Below are positions 1 through 7,126 of a DNA stretch of 14,121 nt, piece after piece. The first letter of the stretch is position 1, and the number at the start of each line of letters is the position of its first letter. The DNA is from a virus. Position numbers and translations under genes: made by a program. The stretch lies in the IMG/VR virus record IMGVR_UViG_3300042731_008053; one strand, given 5' to 3'. The notes below the pieces were generated by a model. That model made no database searches. It saw only the letters and a list, made by a program, of their open reading frames with translations, and was not told where the DNA came from.

Positions 1-101
1 TTTGCTGCTTCTGGCGCAGGCGTTGCCTGCATGACGGGCGGTTCTATACGGGGAAGCGGCGCTGAGGTAGAAATGCCATCTTTGGTCCGTGCAGTGAGCA
101 T

Positions 102-545
102 TTAGCTCCTCTTGATGATTTCAATGAAGTGATGGTTGCCGAGTGCTGCGGGGCCACGCGCGCGACGTACGAGCGCGATCGCTTGTTCGGCCGGCATTTT
201 GTAAACATGACGTAAGGCCAGTGCACTGATGACACCAGAGCGATTGAGACCAGCGTTGCAAGTCACGAGGACAGTCTTTCCAGCTCGTAAAGCTCGCGCC
301 ACAAGACGCGCTGTCCTGTCAATCATCTCGCGCTCCGCCAACGTGACACCCCATAGATTGTCCAAGATGGGCGCATGGACGACGGTCGTGCCAGGGAAAT
401 TGTGACCACGGGGCTGGTACTCTTCGGCCATGAGTACCAAGACATCAACGGGGTAGGCCCTACCTGGCGTTGGCTTGGGACCCTGGTAAAGGTTCGGAGC
501 AACACGATCCAGTGGAGTGTCGTGGTACGCGTGGCGCGTGTTCAT
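102..545 (-). CDS. Dual-specificity / tyrosine protein phosphatase (CX5R). SD-supported ATG at 545; the track's GTG at 578 is the alternative start.
   Basis: Active-site signature VLVTCNAGLNRSG (HCX5R[ST] P-loop) lies in a 158-aa ORF of typical DSP size. ATG 545..543 is preceded by GGAGA at a 5-nt spacing and overlaps the upstream stop (TGA 544..542) as ATGA. Confidence 0.75.
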   Translation of the reverse strand: MNTRHAYHDTPLDRVAPNLYQGPKPTPGRAYPVDVLVLMAEEYQPRGHNFPGTTVVHAPILDNLWGVTLAEREMIDRTARLVARALRAGKTVLVTCNAGLNRSGVISALALRHVYKMPAEQAIALVRRARGPAALGNHHFIEIIKRS

Positions 546-1261
546 CGGCGTCTCCAAGCCGGACTCACGGCTGCCCACATCAGTGTTGCGGCCTCAGCAT
601 CGTGCGGCACGAGCGCATGAGACGGCTCTTCGTGCGAAACAAATGGCCACTTTTGATTCTTGCGTGCCCAAATCAACGCTCCGCCGACTGCTGCAGCAGC
701 AACAAGACCAAAAACGATCGTCCAAACGTTGTAGCCCTTTTTGCCTGTTGCCTTGTCGATAGCGCCCTTGATGCGGGGATGTTCCGGCAAGTTCGAGAAG
801 GCCCGCTGAAGCTTGACGAGAAACTCGACGGTACCCGCCGCGCCGCGCGCGATGGTAGGAGCCGTCTTGAAGGGCTCGACGTACGTGGTACCGACCGAGT
901 ACTGCATGTCGGTGGGATCGCCCAACGCGAAGTTAGACGCGAACAGGCCCATTGCGTCGCTGAGAGTCTTCCACGCTGCTTGCCATGACTCATACTCGCC
1001 CAACGACCACTCGACGTAGTTGGCAGAATCACCAGTTGCTGGATTTTCGATACGTCTGACAGCTGGTTTGGTAACGCCGTCAATCGGCACGACAGGATAC
1101 GCCGCCCACCCGGTGTCAGCGGCTTGATTGAGGCGCTCCAACATCTGAACGAGCGTTTCCCGCGCGTTCGTCACCGTGAGCATCCTGTCTTGAGGCAACG
1201 TGCCTTCCAACGTCGCTGCTGCCTCCATCGCTTCAGCGTTGATGATGCTGTATGTGAACAT
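542..1261 (-). CDS. Hypothetical membrane protein with one TM helix near the C-terminus, followed by a ~40-aa basic tail. Translationally coupled to the phosphatase.
   Basis: ORF 542..1264 has TTG at 1264 and ATG at 1261. Hydrophobic segment VWTIVFGLVAAAAVGGALIWA then RKNQKW. The upstream gene's stop overlaps the start as TGATG. Confidence 0.6.
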   Translation of the reverse strand: MFTYSIINAEAMEAAATLEGTLPQDRMLTVTNARETLVQMLERLNQAADTGWAAYPVVPIDGVTKPAVRRIENPATGDSANYVEWSLGEYESWQAAWKTLSDAMGLFASNFALGDPTDMQYSVGTTYVEPFKTAPTIARGAAGTVEFLVKLQRAFSNLPEHPRIKGAIDKATGKKGYNVWTIVFGLVAAAAVGGALIWARKNQKWPFVSHEEPSHALVPHDAEAATLMWAAVSPAWRRR

Positions 1262-2220
1262 CAACCACCGTGCTTTTGTCGCATCGATCGAACGATGTTG
1301 ATAGCTGCGACAGTGACAATCGCAGCCGTGGACAAAGCCGACAAGTAGAACATGCGACGCTGGTGTCGAGACAATTCAAAGACAGCATCGGCCGCAGCGT
1401 CCGCCACAGCCCCCAATGGAGCTGTCGGCGGTCCATACGGGGGTGTAACGGGGCGCCAATTATTGGGCGGCACGTAGGGAGGGGCGACATAACCTTCTTT
1501 GGTCCAAATCCATGCCGACTGCACAGGCGTATAACACTCGTTGGGACCCAGCTCTGCATCGGTCGGAATCGCGCCCAACATCGTGTCGTAATAAAAGCCC
1601 TGTTCGCCGCGCTCGTTGTACCGTGGGTCGAAGGGCCGTAAAAACGGTGCGCCTCCCGGAAGTGTACGGTTGATCTCCCAGCCGCCACCCTGGGTCAGTA
1701 CGAACCCGAGTCCTGCAGGACCGTTCATGTTCGCAAACGATCCATAGGGGTCGTAGTAGCGTGGCAGTGCTGGTGCGGCCATCGGTTTCGATGGACCGAA
1801 CGGTACTGAAGTAGTGGGACTGGTAGTGACGTGTGTCGGGCCGGTCGGAAGCGTAACGGGCGGCGGCGGTTTCACCTCCCAGCCCGTAGACGAGGTGGGT
1901 GTCCGCGTTGTGGTAGGTGTGGTAGTCACGGTTGCGGTGGGGGTGATCGACGTTGGCCCTACAGGCGGCGTAGGTGTGGTTGGTGGGACTGGACCAATCG
2001 GGCCCCACGGTGATGCGGGTCCGACTCTCCACTGAACGGGTGGGAACAACCGCGCGTCGATGGGGAACTTTTGCTGATCCGGTACGAGATGGATCGGCAT
2101 TGGCTCAGGTGGACACTGTTGAACCCCGAGCTGGACTCCACCAGCCATACCCCCACGACGCTGGACAAGGACACTGGTTCCAGGGGCGGTACCGACGCGG
2201 CGCGTGAACTTGAGCATCAC
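1261..2220 (-). CDS. Pro/Thr/Tyr-rich C-terminally anchored (tail-anchored) membrane protein.
   Basis: 319-aa ORF. Long PT-rich linker (PPTTPTPPVGPTSITPTATVTTTPTTTRTPTSST) and a Y/P-rich region. C-terminal TM FYLSALSTAAIVTVAAINIV followed by RSMRQKHGG. GTG start at 2220, ATG at 2217. Confidence 0.6.
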   Translation of the reverse strand: MMLKFTRRVGTAPGTSVLVQRRGGMAGGVQLGVQQCPPEPMPIHLVPDQQKFPIDARLFPPVQWRVGPASPWGPIGPVPPTTPTPPVGPTSITPTATVTTTPTTTRTPTSSTGWEVKPPPPVTLPTGPTHVTTSPTTSVPFGPSKPMAAPALPRYYDPYGSFANMNGPAGLGFVLTQGGGWEINRTLPGGAPFLRPFDPRYNERGEQGFYYDTMLGAIPTDAELGPNECYTPVQSAWIWTKEGYVAPPYVPPNNWRPVTPPYGPPTAPLGAVADAAADAVFELSRHQRRMFYLSALSTAAIVTVAAINIVRSMRQKHGG

Positions 2221-2253
2221 CGCTACGTTACCATTGATCGCAGCAGCGATCTA

Positions 2254-2577
2254 TCAGCGTCGGCGGCGCGTCCGGCGGTACTGTTTCTTGGGGACGAAGG
2301 TCCACGCCAAAATCAGGCCAGCCGTCCCGAGCAGCCCAGCTATTACCAGACTGTACGTTTTGCGCTGGCGGTTCCACTCATCCTGGGTAGGAGCCGCACC
2401 AAGTTGGTGCTGCGCGTCCCACACAGGCGTCGGCGGCAAGCGTTCGCAGTGCGGTCCAAACGGTGCGTAGTCGTCTGGCCCAGGACCGCAATGATAATAA
2501 CCACGACCGTACGGACCGTATCCACGGCCGTCTCGGATGCCCGTGCCGCCGGGACATGGCTGCGGACCGTGTCTCAT
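2254..2577 (-). CDS. Small Gly/Tyr/Pro-rich tail-anchored membrane protein.
   Basis: 107 aa. GRGYGPYGRGYY N-region. C-terminal TM YSLVIAGLLGTAGLILAWTFV then KKQYRRTRRRR. ATGA overlap with the upstream gene at 2574-2577. Confidence 0.55.
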   Translation of the reverse strand: MRHGPQPCPGGTGIRDGRGYGPYGRGYYHCGPGPDDYAPFGPHCERLPPTPVWDAQHQLGAAPTQDEWNRQRKTYSLVIAGLLGTAGLILAWTFVPKKQYRRTRRRR

Positions 2578-2846
2578 GGCCGTCGCTTTCTGACGTAAAG
2601 AACCGTGCCGACGCCGACGAGGAGACTCAGGACGCCAAGACTCAACGCTGCGATCACGTAAGGCGTCATCTCTTTTTTGACGGCGGCACGGATCTGAGGT
2701 TCGGCTTCCAAGGCGCCCGTTTTGGCCTCGCTACGGATAAGCGCTTCCAGCTCGTCGATCTTGGCTTCAGCTTTCTCACGATCACCGCCGCAGGCGATGG
2801 CTAAGATGCCGATGAGATCGTCGCGGACACTACCAAAACCCGACAT
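2574..2846 (-). CDS. Small coiled-coil tail-anchored membrane protein.
   Basis: 90 aa. Charged helical N-part (REKAEAKIDELEALIRSEAK). C-terminal TM YVIAALSLGVLSLLVGVGTVLYV then RKRRP. GGGAG SD 7 nt upstream of ATG 2846. Confidence 0.6.
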   Translation of the reverse strand: MSGFGSVRDDLIGILAIACGGDREKAEAKIDELEALIRSEAKTGALEAEPQIRAAVKKEMTPYVIAALSLGVLSLLVGVGTVLYVRKRRP

Positions 2847-2865
2847 GACCGGACTCCCGCGTCAG

Positions 2866-3750
2866 CTAGGCGTACCTGCGTGTGTAGACGACGGCGCCAA
2901 CGCCAGCGGCAGCAGCGAGACCGATCGCTGTCCAGAACCACCATTTTTTGTACACGGGGGTCGTGGCAGCTTTGCCTTCTTTTTCAGTGACGGTCTTGGC
3001 GGTTGGGTCAGGCGTTGAACCGCTGCCAACGACGGTGTGACTCTCACCGACGCCCCATGTTGAATGATACGGGTTGTCTGCCGTGTTGACGTCGAACCAG
3101 TTGAACTGGCGGCGCCACAAGGTCTTTTTGTACAAACCGGGAGGTACAGCATACGGCGATGTGTACCGACTCGGTTTGAGCCACGGAGAAATGAACCCTT
3201 GTGCGCCCAGGGCTCCGTTAAGCGCCTCGATAGTTGCCAGCCCCAGCGCCGAGCCTTTGGGGGCCGCGTAAATCCACTGACCGGTCCTGCTGTCTTGCCA
3301 TTGGATCGAGCCAGGCGGCAATGCGGGTGGTGTTGCCGTGACGGTCACACCCGGCGTCGGAGGAGATACCGTCGCTGGAGTACGTGCCCACCCTGCGGTC
3401 TGGATCGGCATACTGCAAGACGTGGGTTGGTGCGCGACGTTGCAGATACCAGTGCCGGCCGCAACCGCCTTCGAGGTACCTTGGGCCCACACCGATGGGG
3501 CTTTGCTCGCAAACGACGCACCCTGTTGGATCGACGGGTCGCGAACCAAGCCGCACGGGCCTGCGGCAGTCGCTGCCGCAATGGACGGCAACATCTTGCC
3601 GGCCTGAATGACGCCTGCGGCGACAGCGTTTGCAGAGTTGATGATGCCGCCCGCCGCAGCGTCGGCGCCGCTGTTCACGGCGATCTTCATCGAGTTGGTG
3701 GCACCCTGCACTGAGAAGCCGAGCGGGCCGTTGTAATGAGCTTGAAGCAT
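2866..3750 (-). CDS. Ala/Pro/Thr-rich tail-anchored membrane protein. First gene of the minus-strand operon.
   Basis: 294 aa. Ala-rich N-terminal repeats and a PT linker (SPPTPGVTVTATPPALPP). C-terminal TM WWFWTAIGLAAAAGVGAVVYT then RRYA. GGAGGA SD 4 nt upstream of ATG 3750. Confidence 0.65.
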   Translation of the reverse strand: MLQAHYNGPLGFSVQGATNSMKIAVNSGADAAAGGIINSANAVAAGVIQAGKMLPSIAAATAAGPCGLVRDPSIQQGASFASKAPSVWAQGTSKAVAAGTGICNVAHQPTSCSMPIQTAGWARTPATVSPPTPGVTVTATPPALPPGSIQWQDSRTGQWIYAAPKGSALGLATIEALNGALGAQGFISPWLKPSRYTSPYAVPPGLYKKTLWRRQFNWFDVNTADNPYHSTWGVGESHTVVGSGSTPDPTAKTVTEKEGKAATTPVYKKWWFWTAIGLAAAAGVGAVVYTRRYA

Positions 3751-3813
3751 TGAGTCCTCCGGTTAGGTGATCGCAGCTGTGATCGTATTTAACGGTACGT
3801 GGTTATACAGAGG

Positions 3814-3844
3814 TTTGTCAAACGCCGAACGCGCGTGATACGTT
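3814..3844 (+). promoter_or_regulatory. Candidate promoter in the 100-bp divergent intergenic region ahead of the 3851 gene.
   Basis: TTGTCA (3814-3819), then a 19-nt spacer including TG (3836-3837), then TACGTT (3839-3844). The match is weak. Confidence 0.2.
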
Positions 3845-3850
3845 GTTGAC

Positions 3851-5554
3851 ATGACAGGTTTGTTGCCCGCTTCCGACGGTTCCCTCGGGGACATGATGGG
3901 GCTCGACGATCGCGGACGGAAAATCGTCAATGGTGTGTTGATCGTAGGCGCGATCAGTCTTGTTGGCGGCCTGGTGTACTGGCTGTACCGGAAAGGTGGC
4001 GGCAGCTTCGGTCGCTCCACGATTGTAGATCCGCCAGTCAACGAAGCGGGTATGACCCTTACGCACTACCGTCACCGCAAGATGCCCATCGACGAGCGGC
4101 TGCGTATCTTGCAAGACCTCACGTGGAAGTCAGTCCAGGATCCACGCAACCGAAAACTCGCGTTGGGTATGACCCACAACTGTCCCGAACGGGACGGTGC
4201 TTGCGAAGCCAAAGCGGTCTACGATCACATCAAGAACAACATCCGGTACACGGGCGACGTCGCACCCGTCAAGATGGGTGCCGACGGTCCGATCGAAGGC
4301 GTTGACTTGTTCCAAAGCGCGTACCGTACATGGGAGTTCAAAGGCGGTGATTGTCTGCCGCTTTCAACGCTGGTCCTGCGCGACGACTACACACTGGTGC
4401 CGCTCATCGCGCTGAACCCAGGCGATCGGATCGCCGACGGTGAGGGATGGACGGTAATTCAGGATCGGTGGTTGACTGGCGAAAAGAAGCTACTGGCGTT
4501 CGATCTGTCAAACGGCTGTACGTTCCGCTGTTCGGCCGATCACCGTATCTTCCGTGTTGTTGGTGAGCGCGTTGAAGAGATTCGCGCGGGCGAAGCACGT
4601 GTAGGCGACGACTTGCTCATGGGTGATGGTGTTCCCACACAGAAAACACCAGAGTACCACTGGCCTTCACCATTCGATCAGCTGAGTGAGGTGGAACAAG
4701 CATGGCTTCTTGGCGTGTACGTCGCTGACGGCTGGCACGAAGTACGTAGCGGTGACCGTAAACCCACACCCTACCGTGTCGGTATCTCCGGCCGCGACGG
4801 CCATCCTAAGGAAGCCCAGAAAAAGCGCGTCAAAGACATCGTCGAGCAGCTCGGGTTGAATACAGAGTGGCACAAACGGTTCATTCGTATCGCCAACACA
4901 GACCTTGCGACGTTCTTGGCAGCGGCAGGTGCTGTCGCGCCTGAAAAGCGGGTCCCTGCTATGGGCGGTTTCACCGAATCAGGTGTCCAATCGTTACTGG
5001 AAGGACTCGCGGCTGACGCTACCTACGGTGGTCGCAATCACGATATTCGCACTTTCGGGACGACATCACCGACATTGGCAATGCAGCTCCGTGTCTTGCA
5101 TCGAATGATCGGTCAGGGTGTTCACATCCGCCGGGTAGACGATCATGGCGGTCTCGGTAACAACCCAATCTATCGCGTAACTGTGCGTGAGAATCCGCAA
5201 CGCCGCGACACGAAGTACGCACGTATCCGTGCGATCCGCGACGGAGGTGTTGAGTTGTGTGCAGACCTGACGACGGAGACAGGTCGTCTTTGGTTGCCTG
5301 AAAACGATCTGGTTGTTCACAATTGCGACGACCATTCAGTGTTGGCGGCGACACTGTTGACGCTCAATGGTATTCCCGCAAAGTTCCGCGTGACTGCCCC
5401 CAGCCGAGGCGGCGACTTCTCCCACATCTATGTCTTGGCGGGACTACCAAAAATGCGGCCCACAAAATGGATCCCGATCGACACGACACTGCCGGGCAAC
5501 GATCGCTTTGGTTATGAAGTCCCGTACGGCCGCAAAGCCGATTACGCTGCATAG
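3851..5554 (+). CDS. Membrane-anchored (SAR-like N-terminal TM) transglutaminase-like cysteine peptidase, interrupted by an intein at the catalytic Cys. Candidate virion-associated or lysis peptidase.
   Basis: 567 aa. N-terminal G/A-rich TM IVNGVLIVGAISLVGGLVYWLY. Joined exteins give ...WEFKGGD|CDDHSVLAATLLTLNGIPAKFRV...GGDFSHIYVLAG...KWIPIDTT, which fits the transglutaminase-like Cys (GIPAR-type), His and Asp motifs. An alternative start at 3893 (MMGL) has a GGGG SD. Confidence 0.8.
   Translation: MTGLLPASDGSLGDMMGLDDRGRKIVNGVLIVGAISLVGGLVYWLYRKGGGSFGRSTIVDPPVNEAGMTLTHYRHRKMPIDERLRILQDLTWKSVQDPRNRKLALGMTHNCPERDGACEAKAVYDHIKNNIRYTGDVAPVKMGADGPIEGVDLFQSAYRTWEFKGGDCLPLSTLVLRDDYTLVPLIALNPGDRIADGEGWTVIQDRWLTGEKKLLAFDLSNGCTFRCSADHRIFRVVGERVEEIRAGEARVGDDLLMGDGVPTQKTPEYHWPSPFDQLSEVEQAWLLGVYVADGWHEVRSGDRKPTPYRVGISGRDGHPKEAQKKRVKDIVEQLGLNTEWHKRFIRIANTDLATFLAAAGAVAPEKRVPAMGGFTESGVQSLLEGLAADATYGGRNHDIRTFGTTSPTLAMQLRVLHRMIGQGVHIRRVDDHGGLGNNPIYRVTVRENPQRRDTKYARIRAIRDGGVELCADLTTETGRLWLPENDLVVHNCDDHSVLAATLLTLNGIPAKFRVTAPSRGGDFSHIYVLAGLPKMRPTKWIPIDTTLPGNDRFGYEVPYGRKADYAA
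4352..5323 (+). mobile_element. Intein (324 aa) with Hint splicing domain and LAGLIDADG homing-endonuclease domain, in frame within CDS 3851..5554.
   Basis: Starts with Cys (GGD|CLPLSTLVL...), the A block. Block B-like SADHRIF. Two LAGLIDADG motifs (AWLLGVYVADGW and LLEGLAADATY). C-terminal VVHN followed by the +1 Cys (LVVHN|CDD). Confidence 0.75.
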
Positions 5555-5563
5555 GAGACAACG

Positions 5564-5989
5564 ATGGCAAAGAAACGCACCCCTGAAGAGTGTCACCTGC
5601 TAGCCGGCGACTTTGAGCGTATCGCGTCTACACACGGTGATCTACGCGTCATCGAGGGCCAATCTGGGTTCGTGACACCCACACCGAAGAAGTTCACCAA
5701 AGGAAAAAAGCTGTTCGGTACGGTCGTAGGACCCAGCGGCAACGAGATTTACTACGACGTGTCCTGTGCAATGCCACGGGACGGAGGCAAGACTTGCGCT
5801 TCATTTGAAATCAAGCGACGCGGACCAGGCGCCAAGGGCCTTGAGGCTACACGCCATGTCGGAAACGTACACGGTCTCAAACGACAGATGGCTCGTGACG
5901 CTGCGCGAGCGTGGGGATGTCCACCGCCTCCTACGCGCGGCTTTGAAGGAGCGCGCCGACAACCCAAACGACGTAAACGGGGAAAGTGA
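5564..5989 (+). CDS. Hypothetical basic protein. The 3' third overlaps an alternative frame (see the next feature), so the true end is uncertain.
   Basis: AGGAGA SD at a 4-nt spacing. The first ~95 codons have good GC3 and look protein-like. From about 5857 this frame loses GC3 while the +1 frame gains it. Ends ...RRQPKRRKRGK. Confidence 0.45.
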   Translation: MAKKRTPEECHLLAGDFERIASTHGDLRVIEGQSGFVTPTPKKFTKGKKLFGTVVGPSGNEIYYDVSCAMPRDGGKTCASFEIKRRGPGAKGLEATRHVGNVHGLKRQMARDAARAWGCPPPPTRGFEGARRQPKRRKRGK

Positions 5990-6116
5990 ACAGCTATGCC
6001 TCGAAAACGACGCTCATTGGGCAGCAAAGCAAGCATTCGTCTTGCCATCAAAGGCAACAAAAAGAACGCGACGCGTGAAGCAGCGCGCCGCAAAATTCCC
6101 GTCTGGGGTTGTATGA
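5857..6116 (+). CDS. Hypothetical protein in the alternative frame, either an overlapping gene or the frameshifted C-terminal part of the 5564 gene. The frame is open from 5766.
   Basis: High-GC3, helical-looking sequence MSETYTVSNDRWLVTLRERGDVHRLLRAALKERADN... The stop TGA 6114..6116 overlaps an in-frame ATG 6113 of the next ORF as ATGA. Confidence 0.35.
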
Positions 6117-6271
6117 CCCGACGTGACACGACGTATTGTGATGCGCCCTGCTCGAAAGAGGTTGCTGTCGCGCGATGGTACATCGCGCATGCGCGCACCA
6201 AACCAGGTCGTGGGTTTCCACCTGGAACGTTGACCCACTACAGTGCAAAATCCTGTGAAAGGAAACGGTAA
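5996..6271 (+). CDS. Small basic Cys-containing protein. The real start may be ATG 6113, giving a 52-aa product. Translationally coupled to the gene at 6275.
   Basis: The ORF ends 3 nt before ATG 6275. Cys cluster WGCMTRRDTTYCDAPC...SAKSC. ATGA overlap with the previous frame at 6113-6116. GC3 is only moderate. Confidence 0.4.
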   Translation: MPRKRRSLGSKASIRLAIKGNKKNATREAARRKIPVWGCMTRRDTTYCDAPCSKEVAVARWYIAHARTKPGRGFPPGTLTHYSAKSCERKR

Positions 6272-6274
6272 ATC

Positions 6275-6784
6275 ATGGCCGCAGTAATCGAAGCTCTCAA
6301 TGGTCCAGATGGACTCCAACTGCTCGGACCGAACATTCAGTTGCTCGACGGAGGCAACTGCATGATGGGTTTGGGTTCAAGCCTCACTGACGCAGAGATC
6401 AACGAAATGGGCAAGAGCCTCGCGCCCCAAACACAGACAGGAGGCGGCGTCGATGATGTACGCCTCGCAGCGCTCATGTCCAACTACGATCAGATGACGC
6501 AGGCAAAGCTCGGGGCCGCGATCATCTCGGCTGGAGGTAGCGACAAAGTCGTGTCGGGCGCGCTCAAGATGCTCAAAAACGACAGCTGGAAAGCAGACAA
6601 ACGCTGGGGCGCGTTCTTGGGTATTCTTTCGACCGCGTCTGCCGCCGCGAGTGCTTATCACGGCTACAAACGCAACGACAGCGTCGGCTGGGCCGTCGTG
6701 TGGTTCTTGATGGGCGGCTTGTTCCCGGTCATCACGCCTGCGGTGGCGCTCGCACAAGGTTTCGGCAAGCCGAAAGGAGACTAG
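6275..6784 (+). CDS. Paralog family member 1 (169 aa) carrying the conserved C-terminal HGYKRN / FPVITPAVALAQGF membrane-hairpin module.
   Basis: AAGGA SD. C-terminal WGAFLGILSTASAAASAYHGYKRNDSVGWAVVWFLMGGLFPVITPAVALAQGFGKPKGD. Shares the N-proximal QLLDGGNCMMGL motif with member 2. Confidence 0.7.
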   Translation: MAAVIEALNGPDGLQLLGPNIQLLDGGNCMMGLGSSLTDAEINEMGKSLAPQTQTGGGVDDVRLAALMSNYDQMTQAKLGAAIISAGGSDKVVSGALKMLKNDSWKADKRWGAFLGILSTASAAASAYHGYKRNDSVGWAVVWFLMGGLFPVITPAVALAQGFGKPKGD

Positions 6785-6787
6785 ATC

Positions 6788-7126
6788 ATGGCCCTCGCAC
6801 TTCAAACGGTAGACAACCAGATGCCTCAGCTCCTGTACGGCAACATGATGGGGCTCGATGCCTACGACGCGGCCAGCTACGGTATGGGCGGCTGGTTCGA
6901 GGACGCGACACAAAAGATCGAAGGCACGGTCGTCGGCGGCATCATTTGGTTTTTGCAACTGTTGCGTCCCGTCAGCGCCGTCATTGCCGGCATCCACGGC
7001 TACAACCGCAACTGTGATAGCTGGGGCGCCGCCGCCGGTTGGGCTGCACTGGGCTTTCTGTTTCCGGTCATCACCCCAGTCGTCGCGCTCGCGCAAGGCT
7101 TCACGAAGGAAAAAGCGACATGCTGA
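6788..7126 (+). CDS. Paralog family member 2 (112 aa).
   Basis: AAAGGAGA SD at a 7-nt spacing. C-terminal VIAGIHGYNRNCDSWGAAAGWAALGFLFPVITPVVALAQGFTKEK. DNA-level identity to member 1 over the FPVITP..AQGF region. Confidence 0.7.
   Translation: MALALQTVDNQMPQLLYGNMMGLDAYDAASYGMGGWFEDATQKIEGTVVGGIIWFLQLLRPVSAVIAGIHGYNRNCDSWGAAAGWAALGFLFPVITPVVALAQGFTKEKATC

Noticed and set aside
16-30. Hairpin gcaggc-gtt-gcctgc downstream of the phosphatase gene
   Set aside because: The stem is short and there is no U-tract on either strand. It is not convincing as a terminator.
470-3714. Long plus-strand ORFs (470-988, 2071-2598, 3064-3714 and others) antisense to the minus-strand gene block
   Set aside because: They have Arg/Pro/Cys-rich junk-like translations and low GC3, and no SD. 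They overlap genes whose products have coherent features (CX5R motif, TM anchors, PT linkers). These are typical stop-codon-poor antisense frames of high-GC DNA.
6377-7096. 239-aa minus-strand ORF across paralogs 1 and 2
   Set aside because: It is antisense to two SD-supported, mutually homologous genes. The translation is low-complexity R/D/A-rich.
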